Shown here piece by piece: positions 20,154 to 29,510 of a stretch of 64,000 nt of DNA. The translations under genes and the position numbers were made by a program. The DNA lies in the NCBI GenBank assembly GCA_044376115.1, contig JBILLK010000029.1, positions 74,795-138,794 of the forward strand, given 5' to 3'. Every line of letters begins with the position of its first letter. Position 1 is the stretch's first letter. This DNA comes from Polyangiaceae bacterium. GTDB lineage: Bacteria > Myxococcota_A > Polyangia > Polyangiales > Polyangiaceae. Below the pieces are notes generated by a model. It was not told the origin of the DNA. It saw only the letters and a list, made by a program, of their open reading frames with translations, and did not search any database.

Positions 20154-20198
20154 CTAGGCTGAGCGTCCCTCCACGTGAAGACCGTTGAGATTGTGCAT
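20154..20198 (-). CDS. Candidate 14-aa small protein MHNLNGLHVEGRSA
   Basis: GGAGGAGGGAAAGAAC directly before ATG; TAG stop lies in a hairpin; terminator follows. Confidence 0.5.
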   Translation of the reverse strand: MHNLNGLHVEGRSA

Positions 20199-20459
20199 GT
20201 TCTTTCCCTCCTCCGGCTGGGCCGGCACCCCAAGCGTTTCCGACGTCACCGTTGGCGCGCGTCAGGGGTGTTTCACGTTGTTGTCGACCTTGTGAGCAAG
20301 GTAGACGCCTTCATCTGCGGTGCCAGGGTGCTCCCCAGCGAGACCATCCTCGGAATGTCCAGCCGCAGACCTTCCGCCAGTGGCGGAGTTGCAGCGAGAG
20401 CGTAGCACCCGAAGTCAGGCCGTCCACTTCGAGGGGTTCTTTGGTAAGGTGCGCGCGCG

Positions 20460-22514
20460 GTGCCTACAATACCCCTCAATACCCTCCTTCCTTGGCTACT
20501 TGGGCTCGTCGGTTCGCTCACAGTGATGGGCGTGGTGCGCAAGCGCCTGCTTGGTCAACAACGAGCCATCGCGTCCTGGCTGCTCGCCTTCGTCGCCGTC
20601 TTCTGTTTCGGCATGCTCGCCGGGAAGATGGGCGTGGCCCTGCCTCAGGTCGCCTCCGATTCAGCACATGTGCGCGGGCTCGACGTGGTCAAAGCCGGCC
20701 TGGCCGTCTTGGCGATGAGCCTCATCTTCTTCGAAATGAAGCGCGCCGGGGAGAAGCGCTTCGTGGCCGAGAAGTGGAAGCGTTTCATCGGCGTGACGAT
20801 GGGCGTCGCAGGCATCGTCCTCTACTTCAACAGCTTCAAGTTCGGCTATCCCAAGTACTTCCACCGCTGGGACCAGTATCACTATTACATGGGGGCCAAG
20901 TACTTCCCCGAGATCGGCTACGACGGTCTCTACAAGTGCTCCACCATCGCCCAAGACGACATCGGCCGAGTCTCGGTGGACGTGGAAGGCAACGGCAAGT
21001 TCCGCAGCTTCGATCTGCGCGCCGAGGTGCGTAAGAGCGACAAGAAGATCCGCAACCTGGGCGGAGACAACTTGCTGATCAAGGTGGATGACCTCTTGGC
21101 CAACCCCTCCATCTGCAAGGACCGTTTCTCCCCCGAGCGCTGGGAAGAGTACAAGAAGGACGTCACCTTCTTCTCCACCCAGTGTTACGTGGATAGCTAC
21201 TGGACGCAGATGCAACAGGATCACGGGTACAACCCGCCACCTGTTTGGACGTTAGCGGGCTACTACTTAGGTAACTGGGTGCCAACCTCGGTGCGCAACA
21301 TGCAGGCCCTAGCGGCGATCGATGTTGCCTACCTGCTCGCCACCTTCATCGCGATTTACTGGGCATTCGGTTGGCGCGTCTTCGCCATGGCCGGCATCTT
21401 CTTTGGCTGTCAGAGTTCGGCGCCCTTCTTGTGGACGGGTGGAGCGCTATTGCGCCAAGACTGGCTGTTCTTCTTCGTCTTTGCCGCCTGCTTGGCACGT
21501 AAGCGCTACTTCGCCCTGGCGGGTGCGTCGCTCGTCTATGCAGCCCTGTTGCGCGTGTTTCCGGGCTTGGCGGTCGCCGGCTGGCTGATCGTCGCGGGCC
21601 TGCACATCTTCCGCCATAAGCGCATGCACAAGGACCACGTGCGCATGCTGATCGGCGGCACCGCCGCAGCCGTGATCCTCATCGGCTCGAGCGCTGCGGT
21701 GGTCGGCCCGGACTCGTACACAAAGTTTTTCAAGCACACGATCGAGGTGCACGACAAAACGCCGCTCACCAATCATATGGGCCTGCGCGTCATCCTCGGC
21801 CACGACATGGGCTTCGAGGGCTCGGGGCGCATGCGCTACTCCAAGGACGGCTCCAAGACCGATCCGTTCGAGGGTTGGAAGTCGGCGCGCGTGAAGCGCT
21901 ACAACGACTACAAGCCTGTCGCCTACACGGTATTCGCGACCAGCCTTCTGGCCTCGATCTTGGTGATGCGGCGAACCAAGAGCATGTGGGTCGCACAGGC
22001 GCTAGGCGGTATTTGGATCATCCTGGGTAGTCAGCTCACCTGCTATTACTACTCTTATATGTTGCTCTTGGCCGTCCTCTCCAAGGTCAGGCGCAGCACC
22101 GAAATATTCCTATTGGGCATGGCCGCCATGAGTCAGGTTGGCTGGCGCAGCATCGGCTACAACGACGACCGCTACATGTACCTCTCGCTGATCTCGTTGC
22201 TGGTCAGCTACGTCGTCATGTTCATGTTGGCACCGCGTGAGCTACCGAACTGGAACCCGCGCAAGGCCACCCTCAAGTGGTACGACAAGCTCTCCGGCGC
22301 TCGGCTCGGTACGCTCGTGAGCCTGCCCCCGGGGCTCGTGATGATGGTGATGGGCGCCATTCGGCAGGACTACTCGACCATCTTGATGGCGGCGGTCCCG
22401 GTCCTCGGCGGCGTGGGCCTCTGGCTCTACGCCGAGAGCCTCGCCAAGCGTCCGAAGCCCAACTCCCCTAGCCCTTCCACCCCGGCGAAGAGCCCGGTGC
22501 TCGAGGCAGCATGA
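20460..22514 (+). CDS. Polytopic membrane protein, possible GT-C (GT87/DUF2029-like) glycosyltransferase
   Basis: More than 10 TM helices; extracytoplasmic loop with WDQYHYY..KYF and GYNPPP; LLRVFP. Confidence 0.55.
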   Translation: MPTIPLNTLLPWLLGLVGSLTVMGVVRKRLLGQQRAIASWLLAFVAVFCFGMLAGKMGVALPQVASDSAHVRGLDVVKAGLAVLAMSLIFFEMKRAGEKRFVAEKWKRFIGVTMGVAGIVLYFNSFKFGYPKYFHRWDQYHYYMGAKYFPEIGYDGLYKCSTIAQDDIGRVSVDVEGNGKFRSFDLRAEVRKSDKKIRNLGGDNLLIKVDDLLANPSICKDRFSPERWEEYKKDVTFFSTQCYVDSYWTQMQQDHGYNPPPVWTLAGYYLGNWVPTSVRNMQALAAIDVAYLLATFIAIYWAFGWRVFAMAGIFFGCQSSAPFLWTGGALLRQDWLFFFVFAACLARKRYFALAGASLVYAALLRVFPGLAVAGWLIVAGLHIFRHKRMHKDHVRMLIGGTAAAVILIGSSAAVVGPDSYTKFFKHTIEVHDKTPLTNHMGLRVILGHDMGFEGSGRMRYSKDGSKTDPFEGWKSARVKRYNDYKPVAYTVFATSLLASILVMRRTKSMWVAQALGGIWIILGSQLTCYYYSYMLLLAVLSKVRRSTEIFLLGMAAMSQVGWRSIGYNDDRYMYLSLISLLVSYVVMFMLAPRELPNWNPRKATLKWYDKLSGARLGTLVSLPPGLVMMVMGAIRQDYSTILMAAVPVLGGVGLWLYAESLAKRPKPNSPSPSTPAKSPVLEAA

Positions 22515-23806
22515 GCGAACAAGAAGTAGCCCCCGAATTGAAGGAGGCCGCAGCTGGCGCCTTCCGTCGCGTGCCGCGGACCGGCGTCATCTTCGTCATG
22601 GGCGAGGCGGCTCGTCTTGGCTACACCTACTCGGCGGATCCCGGCGAGGACGACTGGTGCAACCTCGGGCAGGGCATGCCGGAGACAGGTCCGCTCCCCG
22701 GCTCACCCGAGCGCTGTGAGAGCGTCGCCATCGCCGTCGGCGATCAGGAATACGCCCCGGTCGCCGGCGTCAGCGAGCTGCGTGAGACCATCGCCTCGCT
22801 CTACAACAACCTCTACCGCAAGGGCATGCCCTCGCAATATACGGCGGAGAACGTCGCCGTCTCTGGCGGAGGTCGCACAGCGCTCACGCGCGCAGCCGCC
22901 GCGCTGGGTCAAATCAACCTCGGGCATTTCCTACCCGACTACACAGCCTACGAAGAGCTGCTGGACGTCTTCCGCCTGTTCTCCCCCATTCCCATCTTGC
23001 TCGAGGGTGAACGCCAATACGACTTCTCGGTACGTGACCTGCGCCGAGAAATATTGGGCCGCGGGCTAGGCGGCATTCTGATGAGCAACCCGTGCAATCC
23101 CACCGGTAAGCACGTGCGCGGTGAGGAGCTGGCAGCGTGGGTCAACGTCGCTCGTGAGCTCGACTGCACGATGTTGATGGACGAGTTCTACTCGCATTAC
23201 CTGTACGGCGTCCCGGGCACCGCGCCGATGGAGAGCGCTGCGCGCTACGTCGAGAACGTGAACGCCGATCCGATCGTGATCTTCGATGGTCTGACGAAGA
23301 ACTGGCGATACCCCGGTTGGCGCGTCACGTGGACGGTCGGCCCCAAGGACGTGATCGACGCGGTCGCCAGCGCCGGCAGCTTCCTCGACGGCGGTGGCTC
23401 CAAACCGATGCAACGCGCCGCGATTCCTCTGCTCGAGCCGGCCAACGTCGAGCGCGAGACGGCCGCCATTCACCGCAGCTTTTCGAAGAAGCGTCAGCTG
23501 ATGCTCGAAGGTCTGCGGCGCATCGGCGTAACGGTGGACGTGCCGCCGGAGGGCACCTTCTACTGTTGGGGTTCGGTGGCGAATTTGCCCGCGCCGATCA
23601 ATGACGGCATGGCCTTCTTCCGGGCTGCGCTGGAGCACAAGGTGATCACCGTGCCGGGCCAGTTCTTCGACGTAAACCCTGGGAAACGCCGGGCCGGCCG
23701 AGCATCACGCTTTGCGCGGCATGTGCGCTTCTCGTTCGGTCCGTCGGAGGAGGTGTGCGTGCGCGCACTTGGCCGCTTGGAAAAGCTCGTGACGAGCCTG
23801 CGCTAG
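22511..23806 (+). CDS. PLP-dependent aminotransferase class I/II
   Basis: NLGQGMP, YAPVAGVSELR, NPCNPTG, DEFY, GLTKNWRYPGWRV. Confidence 0.9.
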   Translation: MSEQEVAPELKEAAAGAFRRVPRTGVIFVMGEAARLGYTYSADPGEDDWCNLGQGMPETGPLPGSPERCESVAIAVGDQEYAPVAGVSELRETIASLYNNLYRKGMPSQYTAENVAVSGGGRTALTRAAAALGQINLGHFLPDYTAYEELLDVFRLFSPIPILLEGERQYDFSVRDLRREILGRGLGGILMSNPCNPTGKHVRGEELAAWVNVARELDCTMLMDEFYSHYLYGVPGTAPMESAARYVENVNADPIVIFDGLTKNWRYPGWRVTWTVGPKDVIDAVASAGSFLDGGGSKPMQRAAIPLLEPANVERETAAIHRSFSKKRQLMLEGLRRIGVTVDVPPEGTFYCWGSVANLPAPINDGMAFFRAALEHKVITVPGQFFDVNPGKRRAGRASRFARHVRFSFGPSEEVCVRALGRLEKLVTSLR

Positions 23807-23907
23807 CGGTTGCGTTCGTGGACACGCGTGGAGTTCGTCCGTTAGGCTGAGGCTGTGAAGGATTTGCGCAACTCCAGCCGTGGTTGGCCGTTCGGGGTAA
23901 TGCTCGG

Positions 23908-25374
23908 ATGAGTTCCGACGCGCTCTTGGGTGGGCGCTACGAGATCCTCAAGCGGGTAGCCGTCGGCGGTATGGCCACCGTTCACCTCGGGCGAGCGGTG
24001 GGCGTCGGCGGCTTCGAGCGCTTGGTAGCGATCAAGGTGATGCATCCGCAGTTCGCTGCGGAGCCCGAGTTCGTCACCATGTTCCTGGATGAAGCGCGCT
24101 TGGCAGCCCGCATTCGCCACCCCAACGTCGTCCCTACGTTGGACGTGCAAGAGTCAGCGGACGGCCTGTTCCTGGTGATGGAGTACATCGACGGGCCATC
24201 GCTCCAGCAGCTGCGCAAAGCCGTCGGGACGAAGCCTGGCGCCATTCCCCTGCCGATCGTGTTGCGCATCATGATCGAGACGTTGAACGGCCTGCATTGT
24301 GCGCACGAGCTGCGGGACGACGAGGATCAGCCGCTCAACCTGATTCACCGTGACGTCTCGCCGGTCAACGTGTTGGTCGGATCCGACGGAGGCGCACGCA
24401 TCACCGACTTCGGCGTCGCGCGCGCCGAGGCGCGGCTATCCTCGACACGCGGTGGTCAGCTCAAAGGCAAAATCCCCTTCATGCCGCCGGAGCAGCTGCT
24501 CAATGAGGAGCTCGATCGGCGTTGTGACGTGTACGCAGCTGGCGCCGTATTGTGGGAGAGCATCGTTGGTAAGCGGTTGTTCCACGCTGACAGTGATGGC
24601 GCCCTGTTGACGATGATTCTGAGCGGCGCGAGCAGCAAGCCGAGCGAACATGATCCTTCGGTGCCGCCGGCGATCGACGAGGTGGTGATGAAGGCCCTGG
24701 CCAAGAAGCGCGAACAGCGCTTTGCGAGCGCCGCAGACTTCGCCGAAGCGCTCGAGCACGCCGCTGCTGAGTCGAAGATCGCCGTGGCTTCCTCGCGCGC
24801 CGTGGCGACCTTCATCGCTGAGGCTGGCGCACATAAGAAGCTGGATCTGAAGGAGCTCGCAACGCTCCGACGTGGGCTTCCCACCCGCGACCCGGTGCCT
24901 TCGTCGCCCGGGGATCCTACGCCTGCCGCGCGCGAGATCTCGAGGCCGTCGGCCCCCTCCCAGGTCACTGCCGCCGACGTGGCGATGAGCGCGGCCCCGG
25001 TGACGCTCAAAGCCCAGCGCTCCGCCCTGCCCTTCGTGGTGGGCGGAGTTGGGCTCGCGGCCGTGATCGCAGCGGTAGCCTTCTTCGGCTCGCGCAAAGA
25101 CGCCCCCGCGTCGCCCGCGTCGCCCGCAAGTGAGGCGCCCGTCGTGACGGCGTCCGCCAAACCAAGCCCGATCGAAGTGCTGCCCAGCACCTCCAGCGCG
25201 GTGGTAACGGCGAGCGCTAGCTCAGCGGCCAGCGCGCGCAACACGGCCTCGGCCGGCGTTGCCCCCGGCTCCAAGAGTTCCCCGCAAAGCCTCCCAGCGA
25301 CCCCAGCTGCAGCGACCCCAGCTTCAAAGACGGCCACCCCCAGCAAGACGGCCTACAACCCCGACCGGCTATGA
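23908..25374 (+). CDS. Membrane-anchored Ser/Thr protein kinase
   Basis: GGMATV, VAIK, FLDEARL, HRDVSPVN, DFG, GKIPFMPPEQ; TM helix and Ser/Ala/Pro tail. Confidence 0.95.
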   Translation: MSSDALLGGRYEILKRVAVGGMATVHLGRAVGVGGFERLVAIKVMHPQFAAEPEFVTMFLDEARLAARIRHPNVVPTLDVQESADGLFLVMEYIDGPSLQQLRKAVGTKPGAIPLPIVLRIMIETLNGLHCAHELRDDEDQPLNLIHRDVSPVNVLVGSDGGARITDFGVARAEARLSSTRGGQLKGKIPFMPPEQLLNEELDRRCDVYAAGAVLWESIVGKRLFHADSDGALLTMILSGASSKPSEHDPSVPPAIDEVVMKALAKKREQRFASAADFAEALEHAAAESKIAVASSRAVATFIAEAGAHKKLDLKELATLRRGLPTRDPVPSSPGDPTPAAREISRPSAPSQVTAADVAMSAAPVTLKAQRSALPFVVGGVGLAAVIAAVAFFGSRKDAPASPASPASEAPVVTASAKPSPIEVLPSTSSAVVTASASSAASARNTASAGVAPGSKSSPQSLPATPAAATPASKTATPSKTAYNPDRL

Positions 25375-26327
25375 ACCAACGCCTTTGGCCCACCGCGCTC
25401 CTTACGCTGCTGCTTGGCGTAGCTACCCCAACACTCGCGTTTGCGCAGGAGGACGCGGCCAAAGCCTTTGAAGAGGGCCGCAAACTCTGGGACGCCAAAG
25501 ACGCAGCCGGGGCGCTCCCGCGCTTTCGCAAAGCAGTGGACGCAACCGGCAGCCCCAACGCAAGGCTCTACCTTGCGCGCTGTCTGCGGGAGACCGGAAA
25601 CCTCGTGCAGGCCTACGAAGAGATGGCGCTCACCGTGCGTGACGCTCGTGCAAAAGCCGACAGCGATGAACGCTACGCCGCCACCCGGGACGCGGCCGCC
25701 GCCGAACTAACGTTGCTCGAGGCACGCGTTGGCCGCGTCGTGATCGCGTTGAGTGAGGAGCTTACGGGAGCGGTGGTCACCTTGAATGGCACAGGCGTTG
25801 AGACCGCAAAGGTTGGAACGCCGCTCGCGGTTGCGCCGGGCGAGGTGCATGTCAGCGCAGTGAAGCCAGGCGGCGTACCCACGCGACAAAAGGTCGTGGT
25901 TGCGGCTGGCGCCCTGCAAACCATCACCCTCACGGCCGCCGCGGCAACGCCTGGCGGCGCTACCGCGACCCTACAGCCGCCCGCCGCGGACGCCGACGGA
26001 CCGGGCTTCGGCCTGGTGCGCGGGCTGGGCATCGGCGTTGCGGCGCTCGGCGTAGGCGGGTTTGTGACCTTCGCCGTCGGCACCGTACAGGCCAATGACG
26101 CTTTCTCCACCCTCGAGGCGAGCTGCCCGGTTGGGCCCTGCCTCGACGCAGAGACGCAAGACACGATCTCCAGCGGAAAGACGGCCGAAGTCGTCGCGAA
26201 CATCGGGCTTGGCGTGGGCATCGCCGGCGTGGTCGCTGGCACCTTCATGCTGATCTTCGGCGGACCCAGCGAGACCGAGAAAACAGCCTGGGAGCCCACC
26301 CCGAACGGGCTGCGGCTACGTTTCTAA
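25371..26327 (+). CDS. TPR/PEGA-like membrane protein
   Basis: Signal peptide, TPR helices (SPNARLYLARCL), PEGA-like domain, TM helices, C-terminal Phe; ATGA overlap with kinase. Confidence 0.75.
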   Translation: MNQRLWPTALLTLLLGVATPTLAFAQEDAAKAFEEGRKLWDAKDAAGALPRFRKAVDATGSPNARLYLARCLRETGNLVQAYEEMALTVRDARAKADSDERYAATRDAAAAELTLLEARVGRVVIALSEELTGAVVTLNGTGVETAKVGTPLAVAPGEVHVSAVKPGGVPTRQKVVVAAGALQTITLTAAAATPGGATATLQPPAADADGPGFGLVRGLGIGVAALGVGGFVTFAVGTVQANDAFSTLEASCPVGPCLDAETQDTISSGKTAEVVANIGLGVGIAGVVAGTFMLIFGGPSETEKTAWEPTPNGLRLRF

Positions 26328-26385
26328 GCGGCATCGCGGCTAATTCGTTTTCACCCGCCAATACACATTTAACCGCGTATCCATA

Positions 26386-27234
26386 TTAGTCTAACGGCTT
26401 GATTGATTGACCATGCGGAGCAGCCGTTGGCTCCTCGTCCCGCAGTAGCTGTTTGATCGCCGCCAGCGCCGCCCGGGGCACGTCGCAGTGACCCACCGAC
26501 TTACCGCGCTGCGCCCCAAAGCGCTGCTCGGGGCTCTGCGAGAAATCAAAGTCGAAGCACGCTTGGGAAGGGGCACAGGTCGGCGCAATACCGAGATAAG
26601 GGCCAAGCAATGCGCCGCTCGAGCAATCGTTCGGTGGGGCTACCGAATGACGAAAGGAGAAGGTCCGATCGACGTTATCAGGGATCGAAAGACTCGCACC
26701 TGGCTGAAAGGCGTCCAGGAGAATGAGCCGCGTCACCCGCCAGGGCGGCGCAACGCGCTCATCCGCTGCCATGCGCGCCGCCAAGTCCACCGCGTTCACG
26801 CCGCCCCAAGAATAGCCAATAACGTCCAGCTCGACGCGTTCGTCCTCAGCGTTGAGCTTGCCGTCTCGCGTCGTATCCAAGGTATCGAATACGGCCTTCC
26901 ACACCGAATCGGCGTTAGGGATGGGGAAGGTGCTGAAGGTTGAGTGGCAGGGCCCATTCCGACAATCGTCAATTCGCCCCGCCACGAACGTGGATTCGCA
27001 GAAGGACTCGAACGTGCGATGGCCACCAGCGCCTGTGAGACACACGCTGCGACGACGCGGCACGACTTGAGCCTGAATGGGTACCGACGTTGCCGAAGGT
27101 AGGCTTGAGACCTCCAACGAAGCAGCGCTCAAACGCACAGCCGGCTGCTGCAACGGTTGCTCTTGGTGCGCCTTGGACCCACAACCGAGAGCGGTTAGCA
27201 GCAAGGAGTAAAGGCCAGCGTTGCGCGCCAACAT
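26386..27234 (-). CDS. Alpha/beta-hydrolase-like lipoprotein
   Basis: Lipobox ALGC; GYSWGG nucleophile elbow, LILLD, C-terminal GH. Confidence 0.6.
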   Translation of the reverse strand: MLARNAGLYSLLLTALGCGSKAHQEQPLQQPAVRLSAASLEVSSLPSATSVPIQAQVVPRRRSVCLTGAGGHRTFESFCESTFVAGRIDDCRNGPCHSTFSTFPIPNADSVWKAVFDTLDTTRDGKLNAEDERVELDVIGYSWGGVNAVDLAARMAADERVAPPWRVTRLILLDAFQPGASLSIPDNVDRTFSFRHSVAPPNDCSSGALLGPYLGIAPTCAPSQACFDFDFSQSPEQRFGAQRGKSVGHCDVPRAALAAIKQLLRDEEPTAAPHGQSIKPLD

Positions 27235-28004
27235 CAAACCATCATAGTCAAGGCTGCCGTGCGGCCAACCCTAGCTCCGTTCAAAGCTTCCGCGTTGTCC
27301 TTCGATTGCACGTTCGCAGCCTCGAACTCGGGTGGCGAAGCCGCAACACACAAGTCCTTCGCACGCTGGAACACCTCGCGCCGCGAGACCCCCAACACGC
27401 GCAAGAGCGCCCGCTGATCCCAAACGAAGGCAGCCGTCGCGGCCAGCGTTGCCGAGTTCAACGCCACGCGCGCGCCGCCCGGCCATCCAAGGCTGTCGAA
27501 GTAGGCGTGCTGATAGTGCAAATGACGGTGCTCTTCCTTCGCGATCCGCCGCACGACTTCGCACAACGGCGGGCACGGCACGCGCTCCGCCAATAGCTCA
27601 TAAAAAACAATGCCAACGATCTCGGCTGCCGCGAGCACCAACATTTTCGTACGAAAGCCAATGAGCCTACGTGCCTGTCGAAAGGCGTTGGCTGTACGGA
27701 CATCGGTTCTTACCGTGCCGCCCAAGGCCCTAACCAACTTTCCCAGCTCACGCGCGTGACGTCCTTCTTCTGCAATGTAGAGCCGCATGGTGGTGACGAA
27801 GTCGGCATCGCCCCGCGCATGACGCGCAGCCTCTGCCACAATCCGCCCTTCGCCGGTTTCTCCTGCCTGAAACGTCAGCAACGCGTCGATCAGCGGCGCC
27901 CGCAATGGCTCCGGGACCTCTAGCTCGGCAGGCACCACCGAGTCAGGGCGATGCTCATTGTTGACAAAGGTCGCAAGGAACCGGCTCGCGTTCATGGTGT
28001 TCAT
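27234..28004 (-). CDS. Ferritin-like domain protein
   Basis: FQAGETGEG, EEGRH, AEIVG..YE, EEHRH di-iron-type motifs. Confidence 0.75.
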   Translation of the reverse strand: MNTMNASRFLATFVNNEHRPDSVVPAELEVPEPLRAPLIDALLTFQAGETGEGRIVAEAARHARGDADFVTTMRLYIAEEGRHARELGKLVRALGGTVRTDVRTANAFRQARRLIGFRTKMLVLAAAEIVGIVFYELLAERVPCPPLCEVVRRIAKEEHRHLHYQHAYFDSLGWPGGARVALNSATLAATAAFVWDQRALLRVLGVSRREVFQRAKDLCVAASPPEFEAANVQSKDNAEALNGARVGRTAALTMMV

Positions 28005-28137
28005 GAAGCAAGAACTAGCGCTGAAAGAGCCTCCTTATCGCGTAGTCCCCGTGGAGAAGCGTGCACGCTTGTGAGCGGCGCAAGGGGCTCGTGAAGTTTT
28101 GGTGGAGGCTCTGTCGGCAACCTGCAAACTCGGAAGA

Positions 28138-29496
28138 CTACGGACGAACTCGTGCGGCTCGCCGACGCCGCAAGGTCGCAACCGCGAGCGCCCCCAGCGT
28201 CAGCCAGCTCCACTTGGGACTTCCCTCACCCGTCGCATTGCAACCCGAACTCGCTCCGTCGCTCGATCCCGAATCGGAAGCGCCCGACCCCGAAGAGTTG
28301 GCGCTATCCGCTCCGCCTTCACATCCAGGTGGCAATGGCGGGCACTCGGGCGGCGTGCCTTGGGTGTTCTCGACAAAGTAGAAACGAGCGATCGGAGTTT
28401 GCGAGGGCGAGGCGCTGAGTACGAGGTCATCGGTGAGCGCTGGTCGCGAGAGCTCCGCCGACATGCGGGAGATCCAAAGCTGGCTCGGGGTTATCCCGGC
28501 AAACAGCGTATTGAGGTCCGCCTCGGCCTCGGCGACAGCACCGGTTCCAAGCTCGTCCCCATAGCCGCTGCTCAGCGGCTCCTCTTCGGCGACCGTGATC
28601 AGGTTCGCGAAGTTGCCGTACGACTGGGGCTCGGCCGTCTCGAGATGCCAAGCGAAGCCGTCACTCTCGTCAAACCGTTGCTGCCGCAGCGCGGAGTAGT
28701 TGCTCTTGGAAACGTCCCAATCCCAAACCAACTCCTGCTGCTCAATCACGAAGCTAGGGAAGTTCTGCGGCTGATAGCGGCCTTCACTCACAACCCACAG
28801 CGTCACCGCCGTGGTTGCCCCAGTCCCGGCCGCCACCATACGCAAAGGCAGCGTGAGGCCAGCGCCCGGAGACGTGATGCGAACTGGCCGCATCGAATCC
28901 ACGCCTTGGCCCGGTACTAAGCGCATGGCCAGAAAGTCGAAGCCATCGACGACATACGAATCAACCACGGCCTGAACATCGGCCGGAATCACGTAGCCGT
29001 GCGTCGCCAGCCAATCTGCGAGAGCCTGCGGATCCGAAGCCGAGAGCTGCACCGTCTCGTAAGGACCCACCACCTCCTGAGCGATTACCTCGACCCCACT
29101 GCCGGTGGAGCCACCGGGACCAGGGCCCGGCCCGACGCCTGAGCCGCTGCCGTTGAAGCAACTACTGCTGCAATTGATGGTTGGTGAAACGATCGTGGTT
29201 TGAGTCTGATTCTCGAGCGTCGCAAACAGCAGATCGGAGGAGAGCCCGATCTCCACTTTACCCTGAATCGGCAATATCCACGCAAAGCTCTCCGGAGAAC
29301 CTGAATAGCTAATCTGGTCGTAGAGCGTGGACTGCGTATTGGACAGGCTGAGCACCATGCGGTGGCCCGTTACCTGGGTATTCTCGCTCTCGGAAATGAA
29401 ACAACCGCCACAAGCCTCAGCCTGCTCGGGCGCACTCACGAGTGCCAGCATGCCAGCAGCGATCATCAACCCCACACCAAGCCCAGTAAGCTTCAT
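28138..29496 (-). CDS. DUF2330 domain protein with MYXO-CTERM-like sorting signal
   Basis: AEACGGCF, YSGSPESFAWILP, VGPYETV, FLAMRL, LPLRM; C-terminal GC..TM..RRRR. Confidence 0.85.
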   Translation of the reverse strand: MKLTGLGVGLMIAAGMLALVSAPEQAEACGGCFISESENTQVTGHRMVLSLSNTQSTLYDQISYSGSPESFAWILPIQGKVEIGLSSDLLFATLENQTQTTIVSPTINCSSSCFNGSGSGVGPGPGPGGSTGSGVEVIAQEVVGPYETVQLSASDPQALADWLATHGYVIPADVQAVVDSYVVDGFDFLAMRLVPGQGVDSMRPVRITSPGAGLTLPLRMVAAGTGATTAVTLWVVSEGRYQPQNFPSFVIEQQELVWDWDVSKSNYSALRQQRFDESDGFAWHLETAEPQSYGNFANLITVAEEEPLSSGYGDELGTGAVAEAEADLNTLFAGITPSQLWISRMSAELSRPALTDDLVLSASPSQTPIARFYFVENTQGTPPECPPLPPGCEGGADSANSSGSGASDSGSSDGASSGCNATGEGSPKWSWLTLGALAVATLRRRRAARVRP

Positions 29497-29510
29497 CCTC
29501 GGATCGTGGA

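Larger units (their letters stand above)
20077..20390 (-). ncRNA. Candidate structured small RNA / small-ORF mRNA
   Basis: Several stems (TCTGCGG/CCGCAGA, ACCTTG/CAAGGT, CACCCC/GGGGTG, GCTCAGC/GCTGAGC), SD, sORF and terminator in a ~390-nt intergenic gap; 5' end approximate. Confidence 0.45.

Noticed and set aside
20368..20400. Cobalamin riboswitch (GCCACTG..GGAAGG on minus strand)
   Set aside because: Lacks the upstream GGGAA/GGTG-AA-TCC core and B12 box; no B12-related gene downstream
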